From the NCBI GenBank assembly GCA_007375595.1, contig VMEP01000001.1, forward strand, positions 479,184-543,183: a DNA stretch of 64,000 nt. The letters are read 5' to 3'. The DNA comes from Parcubacteria group bacterium LiPW_30 (GTDB lineage Bacteria; Patescibacteriota; Minisyncoccia; Phycocordibacterales; VMEP01). The notes under the pieces were generated by a model that was given only the letters and a program-made list of their open reading frames with translations, was not told where the DNA came from and searched no databases. The translations under genes were made by a program, and so were the position numbers. Positions 50,667 to 59,349 of the stretch are shown here, piece after piece; position 1 is the stretch's first letter, and each line of letters begins with the position of its first letter.

Positions 50667-51690
50667 AACAATTATAGTTGATGTTGATCCAGAGTTGTCT
50701 TTTGAAACAAATGGAGTGCTTAGAAAAATATTTAATTTTTTTGAAAATGGAAAATTTCAAACAGCACTTGAGAGCCTTCATAACATTAAAATTAATAGTT
50801 TAAAACCATCAGAACAAGTCATATTAAAACTCTTTACTGGAGAGATCTACGAAAAAATGGGCTATTTTTTAAAGGCGCTACAAAATTACCGCATGGCCCG
50901 CGAACTAGCAGTAAAAATTAAAAAAGTAGATCTCGCAAATGTAGCTAGAATTAAAGTTGGCCGGATTAATATTGCAATGGGACATATTGATGTTGGGTTA
51001 AAGCAACTTAAAAATTTAGCATCGGAGTCAGGTATTTTGCTCAACAATGAATTATTTGCAAATACCCTGAACGCTATTGGGTATGGTTACCGAGTTGCTG
51101 GTAATAGAAAAATGGCGCTCCGATATATTGATATGGCGACTGGTCTTTTTGGAAAAAAACATGATATTTCAATCAAAACAGAATTCGCGGTACTTCATAA
51201 TAAGGCAGGGTTGTTGAGGGAAACATCCAACTATGATGATGCGCTAAAAATTTACTTATTTTTGATTAAAAGGGTGAATAAAAATAATACTTTCTTTCGT
51301 GCTCGATTACTCAACAATATTGGTTTTATTTTCCGCAAACAAGGGCAATATCGGAGGGCTCGGATATATTACACGAAGGCCCATAAACTTGAGCGGGATA
51401 TCAACGCGCGGCAATTACAAGCACGAACCTTAAACAATCTTGGTGGAGTATCAAGAATGGAGGGAGATCTAACCAAGGCTTTGGAGTATTTTAACGAAAG
51501 TGTCCGCATAAGAAAACAGTTACACGATCAATTAGGTCTTTCGTCATCATTACTAAATAAAGGTATACTACTAAAGCAGATGGGTAAGAAAAAAACTGGC
51601 GAAAAGTACCTTATACAAAGCTACAAAATAAGGAAGTTGAGTGGATCGAAGCACATGCTACGTGAAGTATTAGCAGAACTAAAAAATTAA
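50650..51690 (+). CDS. Tetratricopeptide-repeat protein
   Basis: Repeated A..LNNIG/LG....G.Y..A..YY helical units; ATG 50650 lies 6 nt after TATAAT. Confidence 0.85.
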   Translation: MNSHRPTIIVDVDPELSFETNGVLRKIFNFFENGKFQTALESLHNIKINSLKPSEQVILKLFTGEIYEKMGYFLKALQNYRMARELAVKIKKVDLANVARIKVGRINIAMGHIDVGLKQLKNLASESGILLNNELFANTLNAIGYGYRVAGNRKMALRYIDMATGLFGKKHDISIKTEFAVLHNKAGLLRETSNYDDALKIYLFLIKRVNKNNTFFRARLLNNIGFIFRKQGQYRRARIYYTKAHKLERDINARQLQARTLNNLGGVSRMEGDLTKALEYFNESVRIRKQLHDQLGLSSSLLNKGILLKQMGKKKTGEKYLIQSYKIRKLSGSKHMLREVLAELKN

Positions 51691-51692
51691 CA

Positions 51693-52442
51693 ATGAGAGG
51701 GATAAACCTAAGAATGCAGAAACTACTACATAGGAAGCAAGTCGTCTTTCTTGCTCTTGATCATGGGTTCTCCATGGGACCAATATATGGTCTTGAAGAC
51801 CTTGGCGCAACAGTTAAAAAACTAGCTCGTTGTGATGTAGATGCGGTGATTCTTCATAGGGGAGCGATTAAGAACTTACCACTAAATACCTTTGAGGGTA
51901 ATTTTCCACCGCTCATAATGCATTTAGCGGGGAGTGATATAAGTAATGGTGTAAATAAATTCTTGACCGCTGATCCATACCAAGCTCTTCTTTTAGGGGC
52001 GGATGCTGTTTCGTTTCAAATTAACATCGGTACACAGAACGAGGAAACACAGATTAAAGAGGCTGTACATTTGATTGAGAGGGCCGACGGTCTCGAGTTA
52101 CCAGTTTTGCTTATGATTTACGATAAAAGAAATCACATAGAGATTGGAGAGCGAATCAGGGGATCTATTCGTTTAAGTATTGAGCTTGGTGCTGATATGG
52201 TAAAAATAGATCCAGGTGATGATTTCCAAGGTCTTCAAGAGGCGATAGGCTACTCTTCAATCCCAGTTTTTATTGCGGGAGGTGAAAAAATGTCGGATGA
52301 AGCTGTTTTTTTGAGAAAAATCCAAAATGGTCTCGGTAGTGGAATCCGCGGTGTTTCGGTGGGAAGGAACATTTTTCAAAATTCAAATGCTATAAATATT
52401 TTGGAAAAGTTATGCGATTTTGTCCATAAATATGAAAAATAA
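51693..52442 (+). CDS. DhnA-family class I aldolase (ADH synthase/GriI/LsrF-like)
   Basis: LALDHG, GADAV, ELGADMVK (Schiff-base Lys), AGG, GRNIFQ. Confidence 0.88.
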   Translation: MRGINLRMQKLLHRKQVVFLALDHGFSMGPIYGLEDLGATVKKLARCDVDAVILHRGAIKNLPLNTFEGNFPPLIMHLAGSDISNGVNKFLTADPYQALLLGADAVSFQINIGTQNEETQIKEAVHLIERADGLELPVLLMIYDKRNHIEIGERIRGSIRLSIELGADMVKIDPGDDFQGLQEAIGYSSIPVFIAGGEKMSDEAVFLRKIQNGLGSGIRGVSVGRNIFQNSNAINILEKLCDFVHKYEK

Positions 52443-53598
52443 GAGTTTTGAGATCGTGTTTGTCGAAGTTAATCAACATACGCCAATAGAAATTCGCGAA
52501 CGTCTTAATTATCATAGCACTGAATTAAAACTAATTATAGAGTCTTTGCGCGACGAACCAATTTTACTAGAAAAACTATTCCTGTGCACATGCAATAGGA
52601 GTCTACTTATCTTTATTTGTCATAAAGAAAATCTGAATAACGCAAAAAAACGGTCATTGGAACTTTTTGACCTGTGGGCAAAAATACATATTTCAGAACA
52701 GTATATTCAGTTTTATACTGGACGTAACGCTTTATCGAGGCTTGTCCGCCTTGCCGTTGGTATGGAATCGCCCATTTTTGGTGAAGATCAAATTTTAGGA
52801 CAGATTAAGTTATTTTTTGGAATTTTCCTTAAGCATAAATTAACCGGCCCGATTCTTAATAGAGTATTCCAGCAACTACAATTTATTGCACGAAAAATTA
52901 AACGAAAAATTCCGATTTCAAGAGGAAGGCTTTCACTCTCAGGGTTGGTTATTCAGGAAGTTGAGGGGTTTATAAAAAAAACAGGCCAAGACAAATTGCA
53001 GGTTCTGATTATTGGGTGGGGTGAAATTACCGCTACCATATTTAAGATACTCAATTCAATGAAAGAAATTGAAAAAATCAGCGTCGCAAACCGTACTTTA
53101 AATAAAGTTAATGTGTCATGTGATAAGTTAAAAATAGACAAAGTTGTAGAAATAGCAAAATATTTTGATATCATTGTCAGTATGACCAGTAGATTTGGCT
53201 ATGTTGTAAATTCAGACTGCTTTAGGGATGGAGTCGAAAGGGATATGTTACTTGTAGACCTTGGAGTTCCACGTAACATTGACCCACATTTAGCAAAAAT
53301 ATCGCTAGTAAAGCTTGTTAACATTGATACATTAAATCTTAAGACAATAAAAAATATACGTGGTCGAAAACAACAAATACCACAAGCACAGGTGTATATT
53401 TCTGGATTTCAAGATAAAATGATAAAATTCATTGAGAATTATCAGAAACAACAAAATATTGTCCAGATTCTGAAACAAGCCAAGTCCGTTTATATTCATG
53501 ACCGCAAACTGTTTTTCAGAACTATTAGCCCCAAAAAAAGTAAGCAGATAGTTAATTCTTTTTGCAAAAAAACATACCGAGAAATAATTACTCAGTAA
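52432..53598 (+). CDS. hemA: Glutamyl-tRNA reductase, divergent
   Basis: TCNR catalytic Cys, GMES..GEDQILGQIK, IGWGE, ANRT, DLGVPRNID. Confidence 0.88.
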   Translation: MKNKSFEIVFVEVNQHTPIEIRERLNYHSTELKLIIESLRDEPILLEKLFLCTCNRSLLIFICHKENLNNAKKRSLELFDLWAKIHISEQYIQFYTGRNALSRLVRLAVGMESPIFGEDQILGQIKLFFGIFLKHKLTGPILNRVFQQLQFIARKIKRKIPISRGRLSLSGLVIQEVEGFIKKTGQDKLQVLIIGWGEITATIFKILNSMKEIEKISVANRTLNKVNVSCDKLKIDKVVEIAKYFDIIVSMTSRFGYVVNSDCFRDGVERDMLLVDLGVPRNIDPHLAKISLVKLVNIDTLNLKTIKNIRGRKQQIPQAQVYISGFQDKMIKFIENYQKQQNIVQILKQAKSVYIHDRKLFFRTISPKKSKQIVNSFCKKTYREIITQ

Positions 53599-53606
53599 TT
53601 TATATT

Positions 53607-53681
53607 GCCCCTGTCGTTTAGGTAGGACAAGGACGCTAGATTTTCGATCTAGAAACAGAGGTTCGAATCCTCTCAGGGGTA
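53607..53681 (+). tRNA. tRNA-Glu(TTC), atypical
   Basis: GCCCCTG/CAGGGGT acceptor, CTAGA-TTTTCGA-TCTAG anticodon arm, 4-nt variable loop, AGAGG-TTCGAAT-CCTCT T arm. Confidence 0.9.
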
Positions 53682-53708
53682 CTTACAATAAGCAAAAGAA
53701 GTTCAGTT

Positions 53709-55085
53709 ATGAATAAAAATAATGAAAAAATAGTCGTGCGATTCGCCCCATCTCCTACGGGGGTTGTTCATCTTGGAACAGCGAGAACAGCACTTTTTAA
53801 CTTTCTTTTTTCAAAAAAAAATAATGGTAAATATATTTTACGCATTGAGGACACGGATAAAGATAGGTCAAAAAAAGAGTTTGAGGATAATATTTTAGAG
53901 ACGCTTTCGTGGCTTGGTCTTGATTTCGATGAATTATATTACCAATCTAAAAGGGTAGATATCTATAAAAATTATATCCAACAACTTATAACTCGGAATT
54001 TGGCCTATATTTCACAAGAGGGTATATCTGGTAGTGGGGATAATATTGAAAAACGAGATGAGGTTATTAGATTTCGGAATCCGAATAAAATCGTTATGTT
54101 TAAGGACGAACTTCGTGGCAATATTCAATTTGATACAACCGACTTAGGCGATTTCGTTATAGCAAAGAGTTTCGAGGAACCACTCTATAATTTTGCGGTT
54201 GTTGTTGATGATTATGAAATGGGGGTAACGCATATTATCCGAGGAGAAGACCATATACCGAACACACCCAGACAAATACTCATACAAGAAGCAATTGGTG
54301 CTCGGTTACCAATATATATTCATTTACCACTTATTTTAGGAAGGGATCGCTCTAAACTTTCTAAACGAGATGGTGCTCTGCCGGTTTTAGAATATCGAAA
54401 TGCTGGTTATCTACCATCTACCATCGTTAATTATTTAGCTTTTCTTGGGTGGAATCCGGGGAATGACAAAGAAGTACTTACACAAGAGCAACTCATTGAG
54501 TTTTTTGGTATTGAAGGGTTACAAAAATCACCAGCAGTGTTTAATGAAGAAAAAATTGATTGGTTAAACCGAAAGCACATGGCCTTACTTTCCGATGATG
54601 ATTTTGGGAAAGGTGTACTTTCTTTTCTGCCTAAGGAGGTCTGGGGAAGGTATACAAAACTGTCAAAACGCCTACTACCGTTTATCAGGGAGCGCATTTC
54701 TAAATTTGGAGATATTCGAGATAGGTACGACGATGAATGGGTATATTTTTTTGAGCGACCAGAATATTTAATTGATAATTTAATTTACCCACCAAATATT
54801 AAGAAAGGAGAATCTGTGGGAATAATACAAAAGCACCTCTCGTTTATCCTAGATGCATTATCTTCTATTGAGGAAAATGAATTTGATATCGAAAGAATTA
54901 AAGGTCTTGTTTGGAATTACGCCACCGAAAACGACAGAGGTACAGTGCTTTGGCCGATGCGTTTTGCGCTTTCTGGAAAAGAGAAATCTCTCGACCCTTT
55001 TAGTATTGCTGCTATTTTGGGAAAAAAAGAGACATTAGAAAGAATTTCTATAGCAATTAAAAAATTTTCTTATTCATCAGTATAA
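53709..55085 (+). CDS. gltX: Glutamate--tRNA ligase
   Basis: RFAPSPTG..HLG, LRIEDTD, HIIRGEDH, KLSKR, LGWNPG. Confidence 0.96.
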   Translation: MNKNNEKIVVRFAPSPTGVVHLGTARTALFNFLFSKKNNGKYILRIEDTDKDRSKKEFEDNILETLSWLGLDFDELYYQSKRVDIYKNYIQQLITRNLAYISQEGISGSGDNIEKRDEVIRFRNPNKIVMFKDELRGNIQFDTTDLGDFVIAKSFEEPLYNFAVVVDDYEMGVTHIIRGEDHIPNTPRQILIQEAIGARLPIYIHLPLILGRDRSKLSKRDGALPVLEYRNAGYLPSTIVNYLAFLGWNPGNDKEVLTQEQLIEFFGIEGLQKSPAVFNEEKIDWLNRKHMALLSDDDFGKGVLSFLPKEVWGRYTKLSKRLLPFIRERISKFGDIRDRYDDEWVYFFERPEYLIDNLIYPPNIKKGESVGIIQKHLSFILDALSSIEENEFDIERIKGLVWNYATENDRGTVLWPMRFALSGKEKSLDPFSIAAILGKKETLERISIAIKKFSYSSV

Positions 55086-55105
55086 TATGAGGGTTACAAT
55101 CTTTA

Positions 55106-55146
55106 GTATTTTTACGGTATAATTTTGATATGAATTCGTACCAACC
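55106..55146 (+). repeat. 41-bp imperfect direct repeat, right copy
   Basis: GTATTTTTACGGTATAATTTTGATATGAATTCGTACCAACC. Confidence 0.85.
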
Positions 55147-55190
55147 GGTGATGTTTTTTTAGGACACGAAAAACCCTTACATAAAATAGG

Positions 55191-55886
55191 ATGAAAATAC
55201 CACATCGTGATAATTTGTTTTTTGAAATTGCTTACCACACAATAAGAATATTTCTTTCCCCGTTCGTTAAGTTATTTTGGATTAAAAGAGTATCTGGACT
55301 TGAAAATATACCGAAAGAAGGAGCTGCTATATTAGCGTTTAATCATCAAAGTTATTTTGACTTTATTTGTTTTATTGCAGTGTGCCCACGACATATACAC
55401 TATCTTTCCGCAGAAAAATTTTTCTCCAGTTATTTTTGGCGTCCTGTTATGAAAATAATGGGGCAAATAAAGGTAGAAAGAACTAGTAAGAATAAAAATC
55501 TTTTACATTCCTCAATACAATCACACTTAAAACGCGGTAAATTAGTGGGAATATTTCCAGAGGGAACACGTTCTCCACATAAAGAAAAAATGCTTGAGGC
55601 ATTTATCGGGGTAGCTAGATACGCCTATCATGGTAACGTCCCAGTTATACCAATTGGCATAAAAGGTGCATATGAAGTAATGTCTCGTTTTGATGAAAAG
55701 CCGAAAATTAAAAAAAGCATCCAAATTATTATTGGGAGCCCTATAGACCTTTCTGTATATCACAAAAGTAAATTAAACCGCAAAGCCTTTAAGGTTATAA
55801 CAAACAAGATAATGTTAAGAATCTCTGAGTTATCAGGAAAAGCTTATCCGTATAAAATTTACCCACCATGGCCACAAAAAATTTAG
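55191..55886 (+). CDS. PlsC-family acyltransferase
   Basis: NHQSYFD, IFPEGTRS, VIPIGI. Confidence 0.9.
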   Translation: MKIPHRDNLFFEIAYHTIRIFLSPFVKLFWIKRVSGLENIPKEGAAILAFNHQSYFDFICFIAVCPRHIHYLSAEKFFSSYFWRPVMKIMGQIKVERTSKNKNLLHSSIQSHLKRGKLVGIFPEGTRSPHKEKMLEAFIGVARYAYHGNVPVIPIGIKGAYEVMSRFDEKPKIKKSIQIIIGSPIDLSVYHKSKLNRKAFKVITNKIMLRISELSGKAYPYKIYPPWPQKI

Positions 55887-56530
55887 CCATTTTTGATATT
55901 GATAGAACTTTAATTAAAGGGCAAAGCCAAGAAGCTTTGCTTAAATTTATTTATAAAAAGGGGTACATTAAAAATTGTTATTACATTAAAATTATTTTTT
56001 GGTTTGTTTTATATAAATTACATATTGTAAAAAACCCAAAAAAAATAATGGAATACGCCTTTTCCGTTTTTGGTGGAAAGTCAGAACAAGAAGTAAAAGA
56101 AATTATCAATGAGTTTTTCAATGAAGACCTAAAAGGTAGGTTTTATGGTGATGGAATAAAATTAGTTAATGAATTAAAAGATAAGAGATTTCGTATAATT
56201 TTAATATCAAATGCCGTCGATGTTTTGGTAGAAAAAATCGCAGAATATCTTGCGGTGAATGATTTTAGGGGAACTACTCTTGAAGTAAAAGACGGTAAAC
56301 TTACTGGGAAAATTGAAGGTCCAATTGTTTATGGAGTTGAGAAAAGCAATATTGTTAAAAAATATATATCAGACAACAATATAGAACTGGATAATGTATA
56401 CGCATACGGAGATCACATTTCAGATGTCTTCATGTTAGAATTAGCTAAACACCCGTTTGTTGTTAACCCGTCAAATAATTTAAGAAATATTGCGGTAAAA
56501 AGAAACTGGCCAATTTTGATTTTTAAGTAA
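55868..56530 (+). CDS. HAD-IB family hydrolase (SerB-like)
   Basis: FDIDRTL, AYGDHISD, VNP. Confidence 0.88.
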   Translation: MATKNLAIFDIDRTLIKGQSQEALLKFIYKKGYIKNCYYIKIIFWFVLYKLHIVKNPKKIMEYAFSVFGGKSEQEVKEIINEFFNEDLKGRFYGDGIKLVNELKDKRFRIILISNAVDVLVEKIAEYLAVNDFRGTTLEVKDGKLTGKIEGPIVYGVEKSNIVKKYISDNNIELDNVYAYGDHISDVFMLELAKHPFVVNPSNNLRNIAVKRNWPILIFK

Positions 56531-56536
56531 ACAAAT

Positions 56537-58126
56537 ATGAATCTTTTTTATATTTCAAGCATCCTCATATTTTTTGCAAGTTTAACCTTTGGTTTATTTG
56601 TTTACGTTAATAACACAAAAGCAAAATTAAACAGTTCTTGGTTTTTATTCTCATCCCTTATTGCGTTTTGGGGATTCTCGCTTTATGGAGTAACTTCAGC
56701 TAAAGATGTTGAAACTGCGATGTTGTGGCAATACGCACTTGATGTGATAGCAATTTTTATTCCGGTTCTTTACCTTAATTTTATTTTAAGTTTTCTTTCA
56801 ATTAGAAAAAAATGGTTAATTTTCATTACTTTTATCGTTGGGTTATTTTTAGCCTTTTTAAGCACAACACCACTTTTTAAAATTGGCATTGTAAATAAGT
56901 TTGGTTTTTTCTGGATAAATCCCGGACCTTATTATCTATTGTTCCCAGCTTTTTTTATTGTATGTGTTTTGTTATCTTTAGCCTTTCTTTTTAACTCGTA
57001 CTGGAAACACAAAACTGATAAACGCTTACGCGCACAAATACGCTTACAAATAATCGCCGGGGCTATCGGTTTTAGTGGTGGTATTACGAATTTTCTACCG
57101 CAATTTTTTAATATTTTTCCGTTCGGCAATTATTTTGTTTTGCTTTATATATTTTTTATTAGTTATTCAATTATTAAATATAAGTTTTTTGACCTTAAGA
57201 CCGCCGCGACAGAACTTTTTGCCGGTGGTGTTGTTATTTTATTTTTCTTTAATTTGCTTACCTCGGTTACGTTACAAGATTGGCTTATTAGGGCGTTGCT
57301 CTTAGCTCTGGTTTCATTTTTTAGTATTCTTATTGTTCGCGGTGTTTCAAAAGAAGTTAGGGCTCGCGAACAGATTGAATTACTTGCAGGTGATCTAAAA
57401 AAGGCTAATGATAGACTGCAATTCCTTGATAAACAAAAGTCTGAATTCGTTTCTATCGCATCACATCAACTAAGAAGTCCGCTTACAGCCATTAAGGGGT
57501 ATACATCAATGGTTCTTGAGGGGTCATTTGGTTTTATAGAACCAAAAACAAGAGAGGCTGTTGAGCGCATTTTTCAATCGGCTCAAAATCTTGTTGGGAT
57601 TGTTGATGATTTGCTAAACATTACGCGTCTAGAGCAAGGTAGAATGGAATATTCTTTTGAGAAAGTTGATCTATCAGCATTAACTAAAGAAATTGTTGAT
57701 TCGCTTTATCCAAACGCGCTTAATAAAAAACTCGGACTAACTTTTGAAAACGATAACGCTCAAGATTATTTTGTGAACGCAGATTTATTGAAAATTCGCC
57801 AAGTTGTACTAAATTTAGTTGATAACGCAATAAAATATACAAAGGAAGGATCGGTTAAGGTGAATGTTTCTAGAGATTCTGTGAAAAAAATAATTAAGGT
57901 TATGGTTACAGATTCTGGTGTTGGTATTACTCCGGAATTACGTACGCGACTTTTTGAAAAATTTAGCCGAGGGGATGACGTCAGTAAGCTTCACGCAAAT
58001 GGCACAGGGTTAGGTTTATACATTGCAAAACAAATGATAGAAGCCCACAAAGGTTCAATTGGGGTTAATTCTGAAGGAGAGGGTAAGGGCTCAACATTTT
58101 ATATAGAACTTCCTGCGTTGAATTAA
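56537..58126 (+). CDS. Multi-TM sensor histidine kinase, no adjacent response regulator
   Basis: 7TM-like N-terminus, ASHQLRSPLT, NLVDNAIKYT, DSGVG, GTGLGL. Confidence 0.92.
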   Translation: MNLFYISSILIFFASLTFGLFVYVNNTKAKLNSSWFLFSSLIAFWGFSLYGVTSAKDVETAMLWQYALDVIAIFIPVLYLNFILSFLSIRKKWLIFITFIVGLFLAFLSTTPLFKIGIVNKFGFFWINPGPYYLLFPAFFIVCVLLSLAFLFNSYWKHKTDKRLRAQIRLQIIAGAIGFSGGITNFLPQFFNIFPFGNYFVLLYIFFISYSIIKYKFFDLKTAATELFAGGVVILFFFNLLTSVTLQDWLIRALLLALVSFFSILIVRGVSKEVRAREQIELLAGDLKKANDRLQFLDKQKSEFVSIASHQLRSPLTAIKGYTSMVLEGSFGFIEPKTREAVERIFQSAQNLVGIVDDLLNITRLEQGRMEYSFEKVDLSALTKEIVDSLYPNALNKKLGLTFENDNAQDYFVNADLLKIRQVVLNLVDNAIKYTKEGSVKVNVSRDSVKKIIKVMVTDSGVGITPELRTRLFEKFSRGDDVSKLHANGTGLGLYIAKQMIEAHKGSIGVNSEGEGKGSTFYIELPALN

Positions 58127-58234
58127 GCAGGGTTTATTTAGTTTTAAATACGTGCTACCGTTTTTGGTAGGCGTTGATGGTTTAATTGTTGGGAGAATCC
58201 TGACGACATCAATGTTCTTTTTAGGGAGCTTGTC

Positions 58235-58450
58235 ATGGGAAAATGGACTAACGCTGATACCGCAGCCTATAGCGGTGATTCCGCAAGCAAGGTCGCAGAG
58301 GCAGAGCACACTGCACGCGACGACGCAACAAAAGCCGGTGTTTTCGAGCGTGGAAATAGCTCGAAAAACAGCGAGCGCTTTAGTCGAGACGATGAGTCTG
58401 GGCGCGAAGCGACGGGTTTTTGGAACTCGATTTTCGGGTCCAAAAAATGA
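58235..58450 (+). CDS. 71-aa hydrophilic small protein
   Basis: AGGGAG SD, downstream hairpin GGGTGAG/CTCACCC. Confidence 0.65.
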   Translation: MGKWTNADTAAYSGDSASKVAEAEHTARDDATKAGVFERGNSSKNSERFSRDDESGREATGFWNSIFGSKK

Positions 58451-58529
58451 TGGTTGGGTTTGGCTGGGGTGAGTGCTTGCGCTCACCCCTTCATATTTTT
58501 AATATTGTTGTGTGGTAAAATATGTAGAA

Positions 58530-59048
58530 ATGGACAAGATTTATAATATTAAATACGTTGACGCTTCCTATAGTTATGAGGAAAGTATAAATCAAACTAA
58601 GTTAGATTTATTTGAAGCTTATGGATATGTTGAAAAGAATAAAAATAATATTGTCATAACTTTTATAAAAAAACACGGAATATCTGAGGAGAAGCAAAAT
58701 CATGACAAAGAGGTAAACATCATCAACGGCTTAGTGATACCAGATACTTCTTTGGCGTCAATTTCTTCTGCTTATAAAACGAATATTTTAGATAACATTA
58801 AGATAAATTATGCTGTTTCTGTAACATGGCGCGACGTAGTACATGTTGAAAATTTACCAAGATATGATTGTTCTGTTATGTATACAGAAGGAATTTTAGT
58901 TAAAATTGAAAGTGACTACGTTATTTTAAAAGATCCAAAAACTATTCGCACATATCCAACGCCAGTTAAAAATCATCCAGGTAGCGGGCTTCCAACATAC
59001 CTTGTTATACCAATATCATTTATTACTGATATTGAAGTTGTGAAGTAA
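58530..59048 (+). CDS. Hypothetical protein with two similar beta-rich domains
   Basis: ATG 58530; internal similarity between the halves. Confidence 0.65.
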   Translation: MDKIYNIKYVDASYSYEESINQTKLDLFEAYGYVEKNKNNIVITFIKKHGISEEKQNHDKEVNIINGLVIPDTSLASISSAYKTNILDNIKINYAVSVTWRDVVHVENLPRYDCSVMYTEGILVKIESDYVILKDPKTIRTYPTPVKNHPGSGLPTYLVIPISFITDIEVVK

Positions 59049-59053
59049 AAAAT

Positions 59054-59290
59054 ATGAAAAAATTACTTGTAAAAGATAGTGATGAAAATGTAATTGTAGA
59101 CGTTATTTTTAGGGCTGACGACAACAACGAATATGAATGCGTTGGCGTTTTAGTGGAAGAAAACGACAATTTAATCGAGGTAGCTTTTAATTCTAAAAAC
59201 GGTGAAATTGTAGATTCTATAAACATAAAAAGAGCAGACATAATTAGTATTAATGTTTTAGATTCGTCAAAAATAGAAAAGCTGACATAG
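59054..59290 (+). CDS. Small beta-rich hypothetical protein
   Basis: 78-aa ORF coupled to the upstream gene. Confidence 0.6.
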   Translation: MKKLLVKDSDENVIVDVIFRADDNNEYECVGVLVEENDNLIEVAFNSKNGEIVDSINIKRADIISINVLDSSKIEKLT

Positions 59291-59349
59291 CTAATCTTTT
59301 AAATCTCAAAAGCTTTTAAAATAAGCCATATTTTGCTATTATTTCAAGC

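Noticed and set aside
51693-53598. Ordinary heme biosynthesis operon
   Set aside because: The gene beside hemA is a DhnA-type aldolase, not HemB or HemL, and no other hem genes are in the window; the rest of the genome is unseen
58091-58486. Alternative ORFs 58152-58472 (+) and 58091-58486 (-)
   Set aside because: The 58235 frame has the SD and a downstream hairpin; the others are shadows
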